DNA of 64,000 nucleotides from NCBI RefSeq assembly GCF_902459465.1, contig NC_047080.1:1-64000 (forward strand), in the 5' to 3' direction. Positions 9,823 to 20,742 of this stretch are shown here, in pieces. The notes beneath the pieces were generated by a model. The model saw only the letters and a list, made by a program, of their open reading frames with translations, had not been told where the DNA came from and did no database searches. Made by a program: the position numbers and the translations under genes. This stretch comes from Asterias rubens (lineage: Eukaryota). Position 1 is the first letter of the stretch, and every line of letters starts with the position of its first letter.

Positions 9823-12800
9823 TCCTTCGTAAGTACGTCTACGAGTTCGCTCCTCTATCACCCGAGGACATCAAACAGAAGCAGTTGTATGTGCCGAGAG
9901 ACACGGATGTCTGTTTCCGTTGCCGAAAAAGGGGTAAATTTTTATCAAGACTGCAAGGAAATACTCCAGTTTTCTTGAGCCGGTTTGGCATGGTGGACTT
10001 TTAGTCAACGTACATCGGGGGAAGGGAGCCTCGGGGTGATATTTGGGTTTTCTATCTGCATGTTCTAAAGTGGGGAATTATTAGCTATTCAGGTTTGTTC
10101 GAGGAATGCCTCGCCCCCTACTTACTAAAAAGAAAAGAAAAAAAGAAAAAAAAAAAAGAAAAAAAAAAGAAGTTGCACGTAGAACACTGAGTCGTTTTGT
10201 AGTGTTGTGGTTTAGTGTGTCAAATAAAACAATTTGAGCGGTTGGCAGTTGGCGCTAATAAATGACATTTCTATGTGAGATGTATTCATTATTTATTGTC
10301 CGAGTTTTGTTTCCTTTTTATATATTTTATAGATCGGTCATTGGCCGTTGGAAATGTTTTACAAGCTGTGCTTTAAACGGTTTCTCTCTTGATTAAACCT
10401 AGGAGTATAGGCGGTTCTTGAAGATATTGGGAACCCATGTGTGGGAGCGCTCATCTTGCTACCCCTTTGACCATGTTGCAGCTCAGGCTGCAAGGCGGCG
10501 CAGAGGTTCGTGTTTCTGGGTAGATATATCATGAGTTGTTGCAGGGCCCCCCGATGGATCAGAGCCAAGTCCTGCTAAAGTTCTTTCAGGTGTTTGCCGG
10601 CCTAATTTTCAAGCCCTGCGGTTTCGAGACCCAGATTTATTTTGTAGCTGGAAGGTCTGCACGATCATCCCCAGTCGTGGAATGACATATTGACTGAGCG
10701 CCCTCACGCCGGCCAGCAGATAGGGCGATGGTTGCGTCAGGGCGTAGACTTGTTTGAGTTTTCCCAACCCTTTTATAGAGGGAAATACCGGGGTAGAACC
10801 TTTGACTCGGCTATCCTTCCACCCATGTACACATGTACTTTTCTAACGCCCCTATTTGCAAGGAATTCACCCCTTTCATGAATGAGACAATTTCGAAGCG
10901 CCTTGTAGAAGGGTCAGTGGAGCTTTTGGGGCGGTAAAAAGCACGAAACCGCCGAGGTGTGTCAATATGCTCACCATCGAACCCCCCCCCCCCCCAAAAA
11001 AAAAAAACAGACTAGTTTTGTCGATGAAGGGGCCGAACATCTGGTGTAAGGATACACCTTTCAAATTAGTTCCATTGGGGGATACTGTTGAATCGATTAG
11101 TCGAGGTGGAAAGTTCTCGGGAATCGACGACGCTCAGGGATACAAACAAATCCTTCTAAATGAGAGGTCTAGGACCTTCTGTGGCTTCGAGTGGGCGGGA
11201 TTCTATTTTGTTGACACTACTCTCCCGTTCGGTTTCAAAAACAGTGCCTACATATATTCCTCACTTGGGTTTTGTCTCTCAACCTGGTTAAAAGTTTGGA
11301 TCGTCGAACGGTTCATTGGAGAGTGTGCTGGAGAGGGGAAGTCTTGTTCCTAAAGGCAGAATGTTTGTTTTTGTTTGTTTGCAGGGCTCGATAAGCGACT
11401 CGAGTCAAAAGGCTGCTAGAGCGTTGTATGTAGTCTGTTACATGCAGTCACTTAGATACTTCATCAACCTGAAGAAGAGCCAATTGCAGCCGGTTTCATG
11501 GATGATGCATTTGGGTCTAGGTTTTTTTTCAGACTCCCTATCTTTCTGGATCCCGGATAAGAAGAAGTGCTCATTCGCCCATGTTAGGGAGGACATGTTG
11601 AAAGCAGGTTCGGTGCATTTGAAAAAGATTCAGCACTTTGTCGGAAAATGCCAAGCTTCATTTTAGTGTTCATTGCTACTTCCCTTTTGTCCGGGAGTGG
11701 TGCTCCTTTATGGTCGAGTTGGATGAGGTCACACCTGTTCATTTAACTCAACCGGTGCGCGATGAAGTGCTCTTTTGGCGTTTTATCGACTCATTTTCAG
11801 AGCCTATCCCATGGAGGAAAGAGCGGCACCAGTGACAGTAAGGTTGGCGTCGGATGCCTCTGATCATAAATGGGGTGGGTATTTGTCGCTTCCCGGTCAA
11901 AACGCCATCACCTTCGGCGTTTATTGGTCATCTAATGTGCACGTTATAACAGACATCTGTTACAAAGAGGCACTGGCTTTGTATTTTGTTTTGCTGTCAG
12001 AAATGTATACACTCTTGGACAGAAGAGTCCATGTGCAGGTAGATTCACATAGTCCCTCCTAGAAGCTAATTTCGGCCTAAAGTTGGAGTGGGTCCCAAGT
12101 GGGGAGAACCAGGCAGATTTTCCATACAGGGAGCTTTCTAGAGCGGGCGCTCGTCTTACAGCGTCGATGTGGCACTTCCTGCAAAGGGAGCTCGGTGGAA
12201 GTTCGGGTTTTTCATGGGGTCTAACGACACTGCTCTCCAATGTTCCGAATGGAAGATTCCCAGTTCCAGGCTCGTCAGGGGTAAACGTGTTTGCACAGTC
12301 ATGCCCTCAGGGTGAGCAGCTGTATGTTTTCCCTCCCTTTGTGCTCATTCCAGCTCTGATCAAGCTTTTCATCGAATGGGGAGTGTGTCTGTGACAATAG
12401 TAGTGCCGAAGCACCACCATCCAAGGTCCTGTTGGCCGCGTTTAGTGTATTTTGCGACACGGTCTTTGCGCCTAGAGCGGAACTCGGTCAGACGGGCGTC
12501 CTGGTATTTCCGTCAAGGCGAGGATATGGAAAAAACTCAGAGGGCCTTCGATTCGAGCTTTGGGCATGCGAGTGTCGTTTTCCTGCGGATGGTCGGATTT
12601 CGAGGGAGGTTCATTTGCCGCTCAACACCCAGTGCTTCTAGTATCTGATTTGATGTTCAAGGGTATGAGGGGATTTGGTTGGCCAGCGTCGCTGGTTACC
12701 AAGTTGAGGGTAAATGGCGGAGCAAGATTGGGAGTCTTGTGCAGCGTTTTGGCAGAGCCCTGTCGAGCAAAGAAGCCGGAGTCGGAGTTGGCGGAAGACC

Positions 12801-13300
12801 TAGGGTGAACGAAGACCAGTGAAATCACTAAGATTTATGGCGGAGATCTTCTTCTCAGCCACACTATTGGCCAAACTGTGCGGCAAGGTGGCTCATCTCT
12901 CGTTGTAATCCCCAATTAGATAGTGAAATGGACCCGGCAGGGGCTTTGGAAGGCGTGGTCAGGTTTGCACGGGATACGGACATCTACACCGGATCACAGG
13001 TCGTTGACTAACAAGCCGTTCACAGGAAACGGCCCCACGAATCGCCTCAAACTATACTTCTCAGCTTCGTCAGATCCGGTTGACCGCGTCTTAAGACCCT
13101 ACGGTGGAAGGGCGGGAGTAGCAGCCACTCTGCGGTTGCAGGGAGCCACGGACCAGGAAGTGATGGATCACTGCGGATGGGTGACACAGTGAGCGTACAG
13201 ACACACTTGGATAGATGGATAGAGTAACCAGGCGCCGCACCACGGTTCTTTTAATAAGGAAGGCCATTGAGGATGAAGGAAAGGAGCGGCCATCGCCAGC
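9770..13300 (+). mobile_element. Decayed DIRS-type tyrosine-recombinase retrotransposon (gag zinc knuckle, RT, RNase H, methyltransferase-like, YR)
   Basis: Degenerate CCHC knuckle CFRCRKRG at about 9910-9960. Pre-RT FRDPD..AG.LH..W at about 10620-10800. RT motif IDDAQGYKQILL..CGFEWAGFYFVDTTLPFGFKNSAYIY at 11120-11270, catalytic YIDD decayed to WIVE. RNase H SDASDHKWGG..W..ICYKEALA..VHVQVDS at 11840-12060. MT-like GVNVFAQ..LYVFPPFVLI..IVVP at 12270-12430. YR C-terminal GRAGVAATLRLQG..EVMDHCGW..Y at 13100-13210. Many stops and frameshifts. Confidence 0.85.
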
Positions 13301-13894
13301 AGACCAGGCTGGGGAGTTCTATCGGCCCTATACTCCGGCTTCAAGGCTGAGAAGGCTTTTAAATCTCCAGCAGGGCAGGCAGCGACGGTGTGAGAGTTGG
13401 ATGAGAGATGGGGGAAAGTGGGGGACAGTGGCGTGCGGATCCTGGGTGCGGGTGAGGAACCTTTTCTACCCAGTCCTCAATCCATGTAGAGACCGGAGCC
13501 CAGGACGAACACAGCGGTGCAAATAATTTACCAATGTCTTTGCTTCCATCACTATTATTTAAAGAAAGTGACAAAATAAAACATTGTTTCTTCATTGTAG
13601 GAACTAGGCTCATTGCAAGGAGGCACGGAATACTTGTTTTGCCACGGACAGCAATATACTGATGCTGCAGCACCTGAAGGCAAGATGCCACACTGAGCTG
13701 GAAGGGAAGACAGGAGGGATAAGTCACCAAGATGCAAGCTCGATTGACTATTAAGTCACTGATGGTGAGATTGAAGCTTTGTGATTTGTGGAGTCACAGG
13801 ATCAATCTTTGTGAATTAGATAATTCTACTTTTAGCCCTTTTTATCCTAGCTAAACCCATTTTCTCAATTTTCTAGTGTGTTCTTTAAAAAAGC

Positions 13895-16800
13895 TATCCA
13901 ACGGTATAATATAGTATATTGCAGCATAGACAAGCCCCTGAGGGTACCCCAATTTATGTTCCCTACCTTTGCTCTCTGATGGAAAGTGTAACGTGGGGGT
14001 TGGTCGAGTAAGAGATGCCAATATATATCCCCTACCTTTGCTTTCTGATGTATAGTGTAACATGGGGTTGGTTGGGTAAGGGACGCCAATTTATGTCCCC
14101 TACTATACCAACCTGTATGATAGACTTTGTACATTGAAGCATAGACCAAGCCTCTTAGGGGACGCCAATTTATGTCCCCTACCTTTGCTCTCTGATGTAT
14201 AGTGTAACATTGGGGTTGGTTGAGTAAGGGACGCCAATTTATGTCCCCTACCTTTGCTTTCTGATGTATAGTGCAACATGGGGTTGGTTGGGTAAGGGAC
14301 GCCAATTTATGTCCCCTACTATACCAACCTGTATGATAGACTTTGTACATTGAAGCATAGACCAAGCCTCTTAGGGGACGCCAATTTATGTCCCCTACCT
14401 TTGCTCTCTGATGTATAGTGTAACATTGGGGTTGGTTGAGTAAGGGACGCCAATTTATGTCCCCTACCTTTGCTTTCTGATGTATAGTGTAACATTGGGG
14501 TTGGTTGGGTAAGGGACGCCAATTTATGTCCCCTACCATTGCTTTCTGATGTATAGTGTTACATAGAGGTTGGTTGAGTAAGGGACGCCAATTTATGTCC
14601 CCTACCTCTGCTTTCTGATGTATAGTGTTACATAGAGGTTGGTTGAGTAAGGGACGCCAATTTATGTCCCCTACCTTTCCTCTCTGATGTATAGTGTAAC
14701 ATTTGGGTTGGTTGAGTAAGGGACGCCAATTTATGTCCCCTACCATTGCTTTCTGATGTATAGTGTAACATAGGGGTTGGTTGAGTAAGGGACGCCAATT
14801 TATGTCCCCCTACCTCTGCTTTCTGATGTATATTGTAACATATGGGTTGGTTGAGTAAGGGACGCCAATTTATGTCCCCTACCATTGCTTTCTGATGTAT
14901 AGTGTAACATAGGGGTTGGTTGAGTAAGGGACGCCAATTTATGTCCCCCTACCTCTGCTTTCTGATGTATAGTGTTACATAGAGGTTGGTTGAGTAAGGG
15001 ACGCCAATTTATGTCCCCTACCTTTCCTCTCTGATGTATAGTGTAACATTTGGGTTGGTTGAGTAAGGGACGCCAATTTATGTCCCCTACCATTGCTTTC
15101 TGATGTATAGTGTAACATAGGGGTTGGTTGAGTAAGGGACGCCAATTTATGTCCCCCTACCTCTGCTTTCTGATGTATATTGTAACATATGGGTTGGTTG
15201 AGTAAGGGACGCCAATTTATGTCCCCTACCTTTCCTCTCTGATGTATAGTGTAACATTGGGGTTGGTTGAGTAAGGGACGCCAATTTATGTCCCCTACCT
15301 CTGCTTTCTGATGTATAGTGTAACATTGGGGTTGGTTGAGTAAGGGACCCCAATTTATGTCCCCTACCGTTGCTTTCTGATGTATAGTGTAACATTGGGG
15401 TTGGTTGAGTAAGGGACGCCAATTTATGTCCCCTACCATTGCTTTCTTATGTATAGTGTAACATTGGGGTTGGTTGAGTAAGGGACGCCAATTTATGTCC
15501 CCCTACCTCTGCTTTCTGATGTATAGTGTAACATTGGGGTTGGTTGAGTAAGGGACGCCAATATGTCCCCTACCATTGCTCTCTGATGTATAGTGTAACA
15601 TTGGGGTTGGTTGAGTAAGGGACGCCAATTTATGTCCCCTACCTTTCCTCTCTGATGTATAGTGTAACATTGGGGTTGGTTGGGTAAGGGACGCCAATTT
15701 ATGTCCCCTACTATACCAACCTGTATGATAGACTTTGTACATTGAAGCATAGACCAAGCCTCTTAGGGGACGCCAATTTATGTCCCCTACCTTTGCTCTC
15801 TGATGTATAGTGTAACATTGGGGTTGGTTGAGTAAGGGACGCCAATTTATGTCCCCTACCTTTGCTTTCTGATGTATAGTGCAACATGGGGTTGGTTGGG
15901 TAAGGGACGCCAATTTATGTCCCCTACTATACCAACCTGTATGATAGACTTTGTACATTGAAGCATAGACCAAGCCTCTTAGGGGACGCCAATTTATGTC
16001 CCCTACCTTTGCTCTCTGATGTATAGTGTAACATTTGGGTTGGTTGAGTAAGGGACGCCAATTTATGTCCCCTACCATTGCTTTCTTATGTATAGTGTAA
16101 CATTGGGGTTGGTTGAGTAAGGGACGCCAATTTATGTCCCCCTACCTCTGCTTTCTGATGTATAGTGTAACATTGGGGTTGGTTGAGTAAGGGACGCCAA
16201 TTTATGTCCCCTACCATTGCTTTCTGATGTATAGTGTTACATAGAGGTTGGTTGAGTAAGGGACCCCAATTTATGTCCCCTACCTTTCCTCTCTGATGTA
16301 TAGTGTAACATTGGGGTTGGTTGAGTAAGGGACGCCAATTTATGTCCTCTACCATTGCTCTCTGATGTATAGTGTAACATTGGGGTTGGTTGAGTAAGGG
16401 ACGCCAATTTATGTCCCCTACCATTGCCTTCTGATGTGTAGTGTAACATGGGGTTGGTTGAGTAAGGGACGCCAATTTATGTCCCCTACCTCTGCTCTCT
16501 GATGTATAGTGTAACATTGGGGTTGGTTGAGTAAGGGACGCCAATTTATGTCCCCTACCTCTGCTCTCTGATGTATAGTGTAACATAGGGGTTGGTTGAG
16601 TAAGGGACGCCAATTTATGTCCCCTACCTTTGCCTTCTGATGTGTAGGTAACATGGGGTTGGTTGAGTAAGGGACGCCAATTTATGTCCCCTACCTCTGC
16701 TCTCTGATGTATAGTGTAACATGGGGTTGGTTGAGTAAGGGACGCCAATTTATGTCCCCTACCTCTGCTCTCTGATGTATAGTGTAACATTGGGGTTGGT

Positions 16801-17370
16801 TGAGTAAGGGACGCCAATTTATGTCCCCTACCATTGCTCTCTGATGTATAGTGTAACATTGGGGTTGGTTGAGTAAGGGACGCCAATTTATATCCCCTAC
16901 CATTGCTCTCTGATGTATAGTGTAACATAGGGGTTGGTTGAGTAAGGGACGCCAATTTATGTTCCCTACCTTTGCTCTCTGATGTATAGTGTAACATTGG
17001 GGTTGGTTGAGTAAGGGACGCCAATTTATGTCCCCTGCATTTGCTTTCTGATGTATAGTGTAACATAGGGGTTGGTTGAGTAAGGGACGCCAGTTTATGT
17101 CCCCTACCTCTGCTTTCTGATATATAGTGTTACATAGGGGTTGGTTGAGTAAGGGACGCCAATTTATGTCCCCTGCATTTGCTTTCTGATGTATAGTGTA
17201 ACATAGGGGTTGGTTGAGTAAGGGACGCCAATTTATGTCCCCTACCATTGCTTTCTGATGTATAGTGTAACATTGGGGTTGGTTGAGTAAGGGACGCCAA
17301 TTTATGTCCCCTACCATTGCTTTCAGATGGGGTATTGTGTGTTCATTCAGGTCGGTTGAGTATTTAGGGG
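13895..17370. repeat. Homogeneous 69-bp tandem array (about 49 units) with a palindromic core, interspersed 79-bp variant units and higher-order repeats
   Basis: Unit GGGACGCCAATTTATGTCCCCTACCTTTGCTCTCTGATGTATAGTGTAACATTGGGGTTGGTTGAGTAA. 79-bp variant units at about 14082, 14298, 15700 and 15910. Degenerate units at both ends. Confidence 0.97.
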
Positions 17371-17791
17371 AGGCTATTTTGTCTTCTTTGCCATGTATGC
17401 CTTGACTATAATGATGATGTGTTCAACCTGTTCTGAGTAAGCTTGTATATACATATGGGTGTTCAATAAAAAATTGAGTCATGTAATGACATTGCCTCAT
17501 TTTCGCAAATAAAGATATTTACTGATTAAATTTAAGAACAATTGTTGAGATTTGTTTATTTTGTGTTTTTCTCAAAGAAGTTCATCATCATCTCAAAAAT
17601 AAATAGGAATCACCACTTTTCTGACAAAAAAATGCATCTTGAGATAGAAACTAATACAAAGAACTAGATTTGGATTTTATACATGAACAAAACAATTCGT
17701 TTAACTTGTTCAATTATTTAAGAGGAAAAAAATTAAATCTACCCATTTCCAATAATGCGAAAATGTTTCCAATACTGTTTTAGATAACAAG

Positions 17792-19934
17792 CGCGTAAGG
17801 TATGGGTAATTACAAAGCCAAGAGTTCCATCTTAATTGGAAAATATTATTAATTTTTATTTCATAAATCTATTTCTCATACCCCTTGCTATATCAGATTA
17901 GCGCCCCAACTTGTTAAGACTGCTAATTAGCTCAGCCCAATTAATTTAATCAAGGAAGAATTTACGAGTTTTTCTACTTTATACGCTGTACATTAAGCTG
18001 TGTACAAAGGACATGCGTAAAGGTACGGGCATATACAAAGCTAAGAGTTCCATCTTAGTTGGAAAATATTATTAATTTTTATTTCATAAATCTATTCCTC
18101 ATACCCCTGGCTATATCAGACTAGCGCCCCAACTTGTTAAGTCTGCTAATTAGCTCAGCCCAATTAATTTAATAAAGGAAGAATTTACGAGTTTTTCTAC
18201 TTAATACCCTGTACATTAGATATGCTATATACAAAGAACAAGCGTAAGGTATGGGCAACTACAAAGCCAAGAGTTCCATCTTAATTGGAAAATATTATTA
18301 ATTTTCATTTCATAAATCTGTTCCTTATACCTTTGGCTACATCAGATTAGCGCCCCATGTAACGTTTTCTAATGAGCTCAGCCCAATTAATCCAATTAGG
18401 GAAGAAATTGCGAATTTCGTATATGCCTAATACATCATTCGTAGGGTTAGGCAAAAACTAAACAAACGAATTCCATCTAAGTTGGAAAATATTAACATTA
18501 TTTATCTTATAAATATGTTCCACATACCCATGGCTACATCAAGTTAGCACCTCGACGTGTTAACTTACTTAATTAGCTCAGCCCAATTAATGTAATCAAG
18601 AGAATCATTCACGAGTTTCTTACTATACGTTGTATGATATACTAAACACACGCGTAATTATGGGCAAATACAAAGCCAAGAGTTCCATCTTAATTGGAAA
18701 TTTTTTTAAAGTTTTTTTATAAATCTATTCCTCATACCCCTGGCTATATCAGATTAGCACCCCAACTTGTTAAGTCTGCTAATTAGCTCAGCCCAATTAG
18801 TTTAATCAAGGAAGAATATACGAGTTTTTGTAGTTTTAACGCTGTATAATACAAAGAACAAGCGTAAGGTTTGGGCTGAGCTAATTAGGCAAGGTAACAC
18901 GTTGGGGTGCTGATCGCATTTACAAAAATTCGTAAAATCTTCCCTGATTAATTTAGTTGGGCTGAGCTAATTAGCAGACTTAACACTAAGGGGCGCTAGG
19001 CTTATATAGCCAGGAGTATGAGGAACAGATTTATGAAATAAAAATTGAAAATATTTTCCAATTAAGATGGAACTCTTGGCTTTGTATATGCCCGTACCGA
19101 TCGCTTGTTCTTTGCATAGCATATATACAGCGTATAAAGTACAAACACACGTAAATTCTTCCTTGATTAAATAAATTGGGCTGAGCTAATTAGCAGACTT
19201 AACATGTTGGGGCGCTAATCTGATATAGCCAGGGGTATGAGAAACAGATTTATGAAATAAAAATTTATAATATTTTCCAATTAAGGTGGAACTCTTGGCT
19301 TTGTAATTGCCCATACCTTACGCACTTGTTATATAAGTATAGCGAATACAGTAGAAAAACTCGTAAATTCTTCCCTTATTAAATTAATTGGGCTGAGCTA
19401 ATTAGCAGACTTAACACTCTGGGGCGCTAGTCTGATATAGCCAGGGGTATGAGGAATAGATTTATGAAATAAAAATTAATAATATTTTCCAATTAAGATG
19501 GAACTCTTGGCTTTTTGTTTGCCCATACCTTAGACATGCAGCATATACAATACCAAAATTCGTAAATTCTTCCTTGATTAAATTAATTGGGCTGAGCTAA
19601 TTAGCAGACTTAACAAGTTGGGGCGCTAATCTGATATAGCCAGGGGTATGAGGAATAGATTTATGAACTAAAAATTAATAAATTTTTCCAATTAAGATGG
19701 AACTCTTGACTTTGTAATTGCCCATACCTTACGCATACAGCGCATACAGTACAAAAATTCGTATATTCTTCATTGACTAAATTAATTGGGCTAAGCTAAT
19801 TAGCAGACTTCAAACACTGGGGCACTAATCTGATATAGCCAGGGGTATGAGGAATAGATTTATGAAATAAAAATTAATAATATTGCCCAATTAAGATGGA
19901 ACTCTTGGCTTTGAATCTACCCATACCTTACGCG
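17792..19934. repeat. Foldback array: five 200-226-bp units in one orientation followed by five in the opposite orientation
   Basis: AGAGTTCCATC-like anchor at 17821, 18044, 18270, about 18468 and 18679. Its reverse complement at about 19066, 19285, 19497, 19696 and 19895. Orientation switch at about 18873. Perfect 17-bp terminal inverted repeat CGCGTAAGGTATGGGTA. Confidence 0.9.
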
Positions 19935-20656
19935 TGTACAATCCTTCCGCACTGTCTTCGACGGGTAATGACGGTCGTTGACAGTTATATCGAAATTTGG
20001 TGCTAGCACCAAATTTTTTTGCCATCACCAAATTTGGTGTTGGGCCCAAATTTGGTGCTCACTTCAGTCTGGTCTACAAAGTTTAATTTACACAAGAGCG
20101 CCCTCTGTGGCGAAGCATTATATGCAAATAGCCCCAGTACATAGGAGAAAACGGAGCGTTTAGCTCATGAAAATATTCTATACTAAAGAGATTTGAGAGC
20201 CCCCCTAAAAGTGTGTTGGTGTAAAAAAGTTGCCCACTTTGAATCTGGGGGTTGGTGACTTCCAACTTGACGTATTTTGGATGACATAGGCCCTCAACTA
20301 AATGGTCCTATTTGATGACAGGTGTAGGGTCATTTTCAAGATTGATGCTTGCGGACGTTTTGAAAATTAAACCTGTGAAGGGGTGTTTTTACTTGGAGGG
20401 AGAATAACTCGCCAGGGACCACCCATATAAAATTGAGCAGAGAATAAAAGTTCAATAGTCAACAAAGAATTTTCCCTTTACAGTTAAAAGCTGTGAGTCT
20501 TTTAAGTATTGTTTGTGTATTTTTTAATATTTAGCATTTTACACTGTGTCCCATGGAGAGTATGTTGGGGTGTACCCATAAAATTGGTTTCACCTAAATT
20601 CATCGGATACCCAGACGTCTTCCTGTACTGTATCATGTATGGTGTTAATATAGGAG

Positions 20657-20700
20657 TGACGTCACGACATGACTACTTATAACCACGCTCATCCCTTTCG
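20657..20700 (+). promoter_or_regulatory. Candidate eIF3g core promoter: CRE site and TCT/TOP-like pyrimidine initiator
   Basis: TGACGTCA at 20657-20664 and CCCTTTCG at 20693-20700, about 45 nt before the ATG. TCT/TOP starts are typical of translation-machinery genes. Confidence 0.4.
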
Positions 20701-20742
20701 CGCTGTCGTCGTATCGAACAGAAATTGTGAAAACTGAGCAAT

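Noticed and set aside
13865-17317. Long minus-strand ORFs (up to 326 aa) of 23-aa repeats
   Set aside because: A by-product of a 69-bp unit (a multiple of 3) lacking stops. Frames switch at 1-nt indels and there is no splice or domain support.
13895-17370. CRISPR array
   Set aside because: Spacers are reiterated rather than unique, there are no cas genes, and the context is intron-containing eukaryotic DNA.
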